IMG/VR virus record: IMGVR_UViG_3300031555_005217
Location: 135,047-156,901 of that record
Direction: 5' to 3' (one strand)
Length of the DNA stretch: 21,855 nt
DNA from: a virus
Taxonomy: Duplodnaviria; Heunggongvirae; Uroviricota; Caudoviricetes
In this document: positions 15,199-21,855 of the stretch, one piece after another
Numbering within the stretch: position 1 is the first letter of the stretch
Layout: the number at the start of each line of letters is the position of its first letter
The notes under the pieces: model-generated
The model's input: the letters and a program-made list of their open reading frames with translations, nothing else
What the model was told of the DNA's origin: nothing
The model's database searches: none
Program-made: the position numbers and the translations under genes

Positions 15199-15438
15199 TT
15201 AATCATTTTCCCAAGTATCTGTTGCAGAATTATAGATATAAAGCTCTAAATCTTCATGGTTTTCATTCATAATTGCAATTGCAGAATAACTAGATGAAAG
15301 ACATGGTTGTGATATTATATTTTGAACTCTTGCTCTAGCATCTTCTAAATTTGAATAAAACTCTCTACATGAAGTAAAACTATCTCCAAATTCATTTCTA
15401 TAATCTACTTTAAAAATTTCTAAATCTTCATGTTTCAT
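15199..15438 (-). CDS. hypothetical protein, 79 aa
   Basis: RBS AAGGATGG, class I promoter at 15481-15526. Confidence 0.78.
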   Translation of the reverse strand: MKHEDLEIFKVDYRNEFGDSFTSCREFYSNLEDARARVQNIISQPCLSSSYSAIAIMNENHEDLELYIYNSATDTWEND

Positions 15439-15480
15439 ATTTTAATTACCATCCTTTTATGTTATATATTGTTTTTAAAA

Positions 15481-15526
15481 TTTACATCTTTTATTATAAA
15501 GGAATTAAATAAAATATTCAAAACCA
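15481..15526 (-). promoter_or_regulatory. class I early promoter (first of the early block)
   Basis: TGG-TT-TTGAAT-N17-TATAAT-N6-TGTAAA. Confidence 0.82.
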
Positions 15527-16130
15527 TAAATCAAACTACTTTTTGGGAGGATATATATGTAATATATATTCTTCTTTTTAATTAACCTTTAATATATACG
15601 TTTAATATTAACCCTTAATTAAAGTAATTAAGCCTATATATTATCGCTTAATATAATTATCTCTTTACAAGAGATAAACAAAAAACAACAATTATATTAT
15701 ATATTTCATATATAATATAATTACTATTTTTTGTCGACCCAAGCAAGGTGATAGGTAAGGAACAAGATATTTACTTTAGTGAAAGATTAAATCTATAATT
15801 GCAAACATCACGCAGCTCATATGCAATATTATTACACATCATCTGCAAGATGAGATGATATAGTATTGAAAATTATTTAAGATAATATCAATTATTAAAT
15901 AATCTATTTTTAATTATGATATAATATAATCTTAAGTATTAAGTTATATCATCTTAATTAATATATCAGCTCATAATTAAAAATCTCTCTTTAAATTAAT
16001 TTTATTTTAAAGAATGAGTATTTATTAAAGACTTACTTTAAAGTTTGTTATTTAAGCAATTTGATATCAAATATGAGCTATTATTTTATAATCCTTTTAA
16101 AATTTATTATTTAATTATATTATAAAATAA
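15527..16130. other. long noncoding AT-rich region with palindromes and repeated ATGAGCT sites (origin- or regulatory-like)
   Basis: No credible ORF even with TGA as sense. 14-bp inverted repeat near 15690-15722. 18-bp direct repeat at 15168-15185 and 16063-16080. Confidence 0.45.
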
Positions 16131-16131
16131 A

Positions 16132-16155
16132 AAATGGACTTTTTCAAGTCCATTT
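16132..16155 (-). terminator. Rho-independent terminator ending the late block
   Basis: AAATGGACTT/AAGTCCATTT inverted repeat plus T-run at the stop of the 626-aa gene. Confidence 0.78.
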
Positions 16156-18034
16156 ATTCTATATTTAAAACTTTTTTAAATGTCTTAAAAATAGCTCCAT
16201 CTATTTTATAATTTCCGTATTTAAATAAGTTTTCTACTTCATCTTTCTTTAAAGAACGTAAATAAGTTTCGAATTCAGTATTATTTTTCAAACCAGCTTT
16301 TTTAGCTTTTTCAACAAATTCTTCTTTCTTATATTCTTTTGTTCCTTCCCATGAATCTACTGTTTCACTAGCATAAGTAATATCTTCTTCAGACTCTTCT
16401 TCAGCTTCTTCAGCTTCTTCTGTAGAGTCTGTAGACTCTTCTTCAGCTTCTTCTTTTGGAACTTCTTCTCCGAACTCTACGACATCATCTATTTCAATTC
16501 TAACGATAACTTTTTCTTCAGCTTCAGTATCTATTTCTATTTCTTCTATTCTTAATGACTGTACTTTTAGAATAACTTTATCATCTTTTAATTCAAAGTA
16601 TTTACTTAATTCAGTTTTTACTTTAGATTTTTTTAAAGAATTGATTAAGATGTCTGCCTCATCATCTTCGGAAATTCCCATGGTAAGAACTGAATTCTTT
16701 TCTTTAGCTGTTATTGTAAAAGGATTTTTATTCTCATAATTATCTTCTTCATTTATCTCAAGTCCGAAACTTGCTTGCTTACCATTTAAGGTACATACTA
16801 AGTTTATTGATCCTGTTTCTTCAGGATCTTTTTTAGGTTGACCAGTTGTATTACTTAAGAAGTTAAATAATTTTTCTACTTCTTCAATCTTTCTTACTGT
16901 AACTCCTTCAGTACTTAAAGTGATTTTAGATAAAGCAATATCTGTCTCTCCATTAAGAACTTGGTTTAAATCTATATCACTAGAACTTGGTTTTAAAATA
17001 ATATTTCTAGCTAATCTAATAGTTTTATAATCTTGAGCTAACTTTCTCATTACAGAGTTTTTAATCTTATCAGCATTTGTGTTTCTTAACTTATTAAATT
17101 TATTTAACATTTCTTCTACATCTTTTATTGTAGTATAAGTTTCATAATAAGAAGGATGTTTTACTAATTCTAAAATTAATTTATTAGAAGCTTCATCACT
17201 TACTAATTCATTCCATTTAAATAGTCCTTCTGCAATATGTTGTTTTAAAAAGTTAAATCTCTTTTCTCCAGTTGAATCTAAAGTGAATACCTTTCTTAAC
17301 TCTTCTGTTGACTGACTCCAATTTATTAAATGATATAAACTATTTTCTTTTGTACATAACCCATTATTATTTTTTATAAATGAAGTTATGTCTCTATTGA
17401 AAGTTTGTAAAACTGGAAAATCTTGACTTAAGTCTTCATCCAAACCTAAACTCTTATTTGTAAATTTTAATCAGAAACATTTTAAAATATAATTTGAAAC
17501 ATTTGTTTGTCTAGCTAAGTCTTGTTGTAATTGAAGATCTTTTATATTCCCATATTTTACAAATGTTTTCCCATCTTTAATTTGTAAAGCTTTTAGCAAT
17601 CCATTGTTGATCATTTTAACATCTTCATCTTTGAATATAGAAGCTTTATTAGGATCTTCTGTAAAAGAAATATCTTTTGGTTGTATGGTTGTTGTAGGAC
17701 CTCAAAATATAGCTTTTCTTTTTTGTCTATCACCTGTTGTTTCTCCAGTCATTACAACATACACTGGTTTATTAGAATCAGTAGTTGTAAACTCATCTCC
17801 TTCATGAGAAACTGTTTTATCTTTAGCAATTGCTATTTTAGCATACTTCACGTTTGGATCCGACTTAATTTCAGTTAATGATTTATTGTACAAATCATTT
17901 CATTTTTTAAAATCATCGGAGCTTATATCTGTTATGCTTCCAGTTAAAATTTTATTTTCTTGTAAATAAGTATCTAATTCACTTACAGTTTTAAAGTTAT
18001 TTTGAGCTGTAGCTTCATTTAATATTTTATTCAT
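16154..18034 (-). CDS. 626-aa protein with three in-frame TGA codons (read as Trp), probable virion/late protein
   Basis: ATG 18034 with GGAGAG RBS, overlapping the upstream stop. I checked the frame: the only interruptions are TGA at 17900-17902, 17702-17704 and 17471-17473. Joins track fragments 17702..17893 and 16154..17443. Starts MNKILNEA, with a Glu-rich linker near the C-terminus. Confidence 0.88.
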
Positions 18035-18536
18035 CTTCGTCTCTCCAATCAGTTAGTAAATTAAAATCAGTAGTTTTGAAATCATGTAATTGACTTGGTT
18101 CAAATTCATTTTCTAATACTGGTCCGATCTCACATGTTATAGATGCTGGATAAATTGAAATAGTAGACATCCTAACAACTTTAAATACACGTCCTTCAGA
18201 ATTATCTAAAGCACTAGGAATTATAAATAAACATCCTACTTGAAGTTTGTCTAAATCATAAGGGACATGAATGATCGGATTTCCTTGAAGAAGTTCAGCA
18301 TTTCATCTTAACTTCTTCATTGTTTGTTGTGTCGGATGATCATCATAGATACATCCGACAATTTCTGGTGGATTATATAAAGTATCTAACTCTCCATAAG
18401 AATCATACTGTTTTGAATCTTTAGGAGATCTATAAATGACATTAAGTCCAAGGAGCTTGGTCATCTGTTCAAACCAAGTCCTATGTAAACTAATGTCTTT
18501 CTTATTTAATAAAAGTCCTGTGTCTGTATTTTTCAT
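18027..18536 (-). CDS. 169-aa protein with one in-frame TGA, possible head-closure/neck protein (T4 gp14-like pattern)
   Basis: Track ORF 18303..18536 ends at TGA, but the frame stays open 91 more codons to TAA at 18027: ...TMKKLR[W]NAELLQGNPIIHVPYDLDKLQVGCLFIIP...RVFKVVRM... The motif order resembles gp14 (G.ECYYVPR...KEGDLIYFP...LFEI). Function is inferred. Confidence 0.85.
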
Positions 18537-18537
18537 G

Positions 18538-21444
18538 TTATAATGTTATTCCGAACACATCATCATTTAAATCATTAAATACTTTATAATCACACTCTGT
18601 AGTATAATTTTCATCTAACTTATTTGTTGGACATAATGTAAATGAAATAATCTTTTCTAGATCTTCTTCTACTAAAATTCCTTTAACTGAAATAATATCT
18701 TCTTCTAAGTTAACTTCTGAAGTTTTATATAATCTTGTTTTATCATCTTCAATTGAATCAAAGTATTCATTAATTAAATTATCAAACTCATTTCTGTCTA
18801 ATACTAAATATGATTCTAATAAATTTGGTTCTACATAATCTATTTGACCATTTTTAACTGCTAATAAGAATTCTCTAGAATTAATTTTATTATCTATTGC
18901 TTGAGGAGTAAATTGTTCTGAGTCTAAAGCTTTTAACGCCATAGATAACTCTCTTGCTCTATCTCTTCTAACATTGAATGTATCATGTACATATTGACTA
19001 AATCCATCATATGCTTTATATAAATATGAAGTAAGTTGGTTAAGAGGAGTAGATTCTAATTCATTAACATCTAAATCTCCTGAAATTAATCTTAGATCCT
19101 GAATAATATCTGAAACTACAAATCTCGGATCAACTTCAATATTATAATGATTTTCAATTGAATCACAAATATCTTTTGAAATTCTGCAAATCTTTTTTAC
19201 AATTTCTTTATCTTCATCTGAAATTGTTTTAGTAACATTTGAAGAAGTTTTAACTAAAGAATTACTTTCAAGGATAACTGTGTATCTATATCCTTCTTTA
19301 TCTGATCTTTGAACCTTATATGGTTGTTTATTATTTCTAGCTTCTGTAATTCTCTCAGATAATTCTTTTCTATCTTTACATTCAAATATAGTTTCTACTT
19401 CTTTTTTACCTAATTTGTCGGAAACTAAAAAATGTTCCTCTGAAATTACTTCTTGTTCTTTATTTTGATCTAATTCTTCAAGTACATCGTCTCCAGCACG
19501 TGAAGGATCATGATCTGGATTAAACCAAATTTCACTAGCTTCCATATCTGAAATCGGATTTCCTTCTTCATCAATCTCTGTAACTTGTTTTTCTACAGAA
19601 TATCCATTATTATCAATACAAGCATTCTTACAGCTTTCTAAATCAGTATATGTAGTAGAAGTACCATAATTACCTTCTTCATCAAACCAATAAACATATT
19701 CAACTCTTAATAATGGTTCATAGTCTTCATCAATTTTATCGTTCATTTCTTCTTCGAAAATATCATTATCAAGTAATTCATGTCCATCAAAATCATCTTC
19801 TAAAGCAGCTAAAACATCATTAGCTAATTCTTCTGAATCATAATCAGAGACAATATCAAACCAAATATCTTCATGATTATCTTTATTATATTCATATCTA
19901 TATTTATTTATAAGATCATTTAAAAGATGATATTCATAATCTTCTTTAACTTCTTTTTTATCTTTGAATACTACATTTGATTCTTGAAGTTTCATTCCGA
20001 GTTTGTTTAAAGCTTCATCTACATCATCTAAGTAACCAGTAACATCTTTGAATAATCTAACTAATACTTCATCTTTAAGAGGTAATATTAAGGAATTAAA
20101 TACATGATCTAACTCTTCACCATTCTTGATATTGTTTGTTAAAACATTTTCCCATGTACCTGGTCGGAAGATTTTGTAAACTTCTCCACCATTCTTGTTA
20201 ATAATTTCATGAATTAAAAGATCCTCATCACTTAGATCCTCTTTAGCTTCATTTAATACTTTAATATTTGAATTGTTTAAAATTTTGATTTCAATATATT
20301 TTGGAGTCTCTATACCAACTACTGTATAGTGTTGAACAAAATTAATAACATTATTAATAGATCCTGCAGCTAATAAATCTGTACTTGCTACATCATAAAC
20401 TTCAACAAAGTCTTTATTAGTACAATATCTGCCAACTAAATAATTGAAGTATCTGTTCGGATCATTTTCAGACTTATCAACATTAACAACTAACTTATCC
20501 CCACATGTTTCAAAAGTAACTAAAGTAGAATCTAAAAGATCTTTATTTAAATCATCATAATCACCTTTAAATAAAATATTATTATTAAAAGAGTCTTTAA
20601 TGATAATTTCTTTTAATTTACTTGGTTGGATAAAAACATCTTTAATATATTCTCCAAGAGTATATTCTTTAATATCTTCAATTTCTTCAATTATAATTTT
20701 ATCTTCTTCATAATCTAGATCCACATTTTCAAGAACATCTTCTTTGATATCTTCATGAATTGGTGTATATTCTTCTGTATCGTCCCATTCTACATCATCT
20801 TGATCATAAACAGTTCCGAAAGATTCACTTAAGTTATCTTCTTCTGTATCATCTTCAAGATCTGTTTCCATGTAATCTTGTTCTTCATCTTCATCAAAAA
20901 GGTTGTCGGAAGATTCTTGTTCCTCCTCTTGATCCTCTTCAGTATCTTCAAGAGTATCCTCAGGTTCAATTTCATCTTCTACATCATTTTCAATAGAAGG
21001 CTCATCATCAACCTTCTCATCATTATCAATTTCAGGTTCTTCTTCAACCATTTTACCTACTTGCCCAATTAAAGAGTAACCAGTAAAATCAGAATGACAA
21101 TAAGGACATTCTTCTCCAATATTGTATAATTCATTGTCAGACTCAGAAGACTCTAAATTTTCAAGATCAATAAAGCGAGTAGCCTTACAAGCATTACATT
21201 GTATAATAGCTTGACCAATATACCCTTTATTGTCCTTAAGGTGTTCTAGAGAGTCAGCATCTACATCAATTACTTGAAGTTCAGTTTCTTTTTGTTGACT
21301 ATCAATTTCTGATTTATATTCTTGAGCTTGTTCTACTTCTTCTTTATCATTTAAAGAAAAAGATTTGCTTTCATATAAATCATCTAAATCTTCTAAAGCC
21401 ATAAAAGCTTCTATAATGGATAAACCATTCTTATTATTTTCCAT
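18538..21444 (-). CDS. 968-aa highly acidic multidomain protein with N-terminal Zn-ribbon, probable internal virion protein
   Basis: RBS AAAGGAG. CNAC...CPYC, long D/E-rich linker, two ~55-aa tandem modules, many [LI]xE-[AS] motifs. All five Trp codons are TGG. Confidence 0.88.
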   Translation of the reverse strand: MENNKNGLSIIEAFMALEDLDDLYESKSFSLNDKEEVEQAQEYKSEIDSQQKETELQVIDVDADSLEHLKDNKGYIGQAIIQCNACKATRFIDLENLESSESDNELYNIGEECPYCHSDFTGYSLIGQVGKMVEEEPEIDNDEKVDDEPSIENDVEDEIEPEDTLEDTEEDQEEEQESSDNLFDEDEEQDYMETDLEDDTEEDNLSESFGTVYDQDDVEWDDTEEYTPIHEDIKEDVLENVDLDYEEDKIIIEEIEDIKEYTLGEYIKDVFIQPSKLKEIIIKDSFNNNILFKGDYDDLNKDLLDSTLVTFETCGDKLVVNVDKSENDPNRYFNYLVGRYCTNKDFVEVYDVASTDLLAAGSINNVINFVQHYTVVGIETPKYIEIKILNNSNIKVLNEAKEDLSDEDLLIHEIINKNGGEVYKIFRPGTWENVLTNNIKNGEELDHVFNSLILPLKDEVLVRLFKDVTGYLDDVDEALNKLGMKLQESNVVFKDKKEVKEDYEYHLLNDLINKYRYEYNKDNHEDIWFDIVSDYDSEELANDVLAALEDDFDGHELLDNDIFEEEMNDKIDEDYEPLLRVEYVYWFDEEGNYGTSTTYTDLESCKNACIDNNGYSVEKQVTEIDEEGNPISDMEASEIWFNPDHDPSRAGDDVLEELDQNKEQEVISEEHFLVSDKLGKKEVETIFECKDRKELSERITEARNNKQPYKVQRSDKEGYRYTVILESNSLVKTSSNVTKTISDEDKEIVKKICRISKDICDSIENHYNIEVDPRFVVSDIIQDLRLISGDLDVNELESTPLNQLTSYLYKAYDGFSQYVHDTFNVRRDRARELSMALKALDSEQFTPQAIDNKINSREFLLAVKNGQIDYVEPNLLESYLVLDRNEFDNLINEYFDSIEDDKTRLYKTSEVNLEEDIISVKGILVEEDLEKIISFTLCPTNKLDENYTTECDYKVFNDLNDDVFGITL

Positions 21445-21512
21445 ATTATTTAATTTCTCCTTTTTTTATGCTTTTTATTTTATTATTATAACTAATTAGG
21501 TTCTAGCATAAC

Positions 21513-21539
21513 CTAAATTATAATTACATTATAATTTAG
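21513..21539. promoter_or_regulatory. 12-bp perfect palindrome containing the CTAAATTATA motif (candidate late promoter/operator)
   Basis: CTAAATTATAAT-TAC-ATTATAATTTAG, ~70-95 bp upstream of the 968-aa gene. Confidence 0.55.
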
Positions 21540-21565
21540 CTGAATAAAAGTTTATATGGTTCATT

Positions 21566-21855
21566 ATTATTATTTTTAGTCTTAATATATACGCTTAAAA
21601 TAAATAAAATTTTGTTTTTTCTATTTTAACAAAATTTTATTTTCCTCCCCACTGGTAAAAAGTGAAGTACAAACTAACTTTATTTTAAAAATTAAAGAAA
21701 AATCAAATAAAGTTTATTTTAAATTAAAATTATTATTTTTAGTCTTAATATATACGCTTAAAATAAATAAAATTTTGTTTTTTCTATTTTAACAAAATTT
21801 TATTTTCCTCCCCACTGGTAAAAAGTGAAGTACAAACTAACTTTATTTTAAAAAT
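21566..21855. repeat. direct repeat, period 163 bp; second copy runs to the window end (127 bp identical)
   Basis: 21566-21692 is identical to 21729-21855. Each unit holds a 15-bp inverted repeat (21602-21616/21628-21642). Confidence 0.92.

Noticed and set aside
15730-15860. Small ORFs in the noncoding gap
   Set aside because: The frames I found are at most ~23 codons and lack an RBS, even with TGA read as sense
16154-18536. Track ORFs 16154..17443, 17702..17893 and 18303..18536 as separate genes or pseudogene fragments
   Set aside because: Two start at TTG with no RBS just after a TGA, and all are in frame with flanking open sequence. They are better explained as two intact TGA-containing genes.
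932-21072. Plus-strand track ORFs 932..1183, 5953..6246, 7116..7412, 17604..17807, 17681..17878, 20760..20996, 20878..21072
   Set aside because: All are antisense shadows of better minus-strand genes, with no RBS or promoter and I/L/F/S-biased composition
21566-21855. CRISPR array
   Set aside because: The repeat unit is at least 127 bp with one 36-bp intervening segment, no short repeats with unique spacers, and no cas genes in the window

Overview
Very AT-rich fragment of a large tailed-phage genome. Essentially all genes are on the minus strand. Strong AGGAGG-type RBSs and sigmaA-like promoters point to a Bacillota- or Mollicute-like host. 1-15.5 kb is an early/accessory block of small, mostly monocistronic genes, each with its own conserved promoter and Rho-independent terminator. 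It contains a 3'-truncated DUF2828/vWA gene, three tRNAs (Ile2/Met-CAT, Lys-TTT, Ser-GCT), candidate structured ncRNAs and a divergent sigma-factor-like gene. A ~670-bp noncoding gap separates it from a tightly coupled three-gene probable virion block (16.1-21.4 kb). The window ends in a 163-bp-period repeat. Main result: TGA is not acting as a stop codon. All 27 standard-code genes I accept end in TAA or TAG, and reading TGA as a sense codon (probably Trp, code 4) fuses fragments into complete 626-aa, 169-aa and 94-aa genes. No suppressor tRNA or release-factor gene lies in this window. Family and function calls are from motif recognition by eye; no searches were run.
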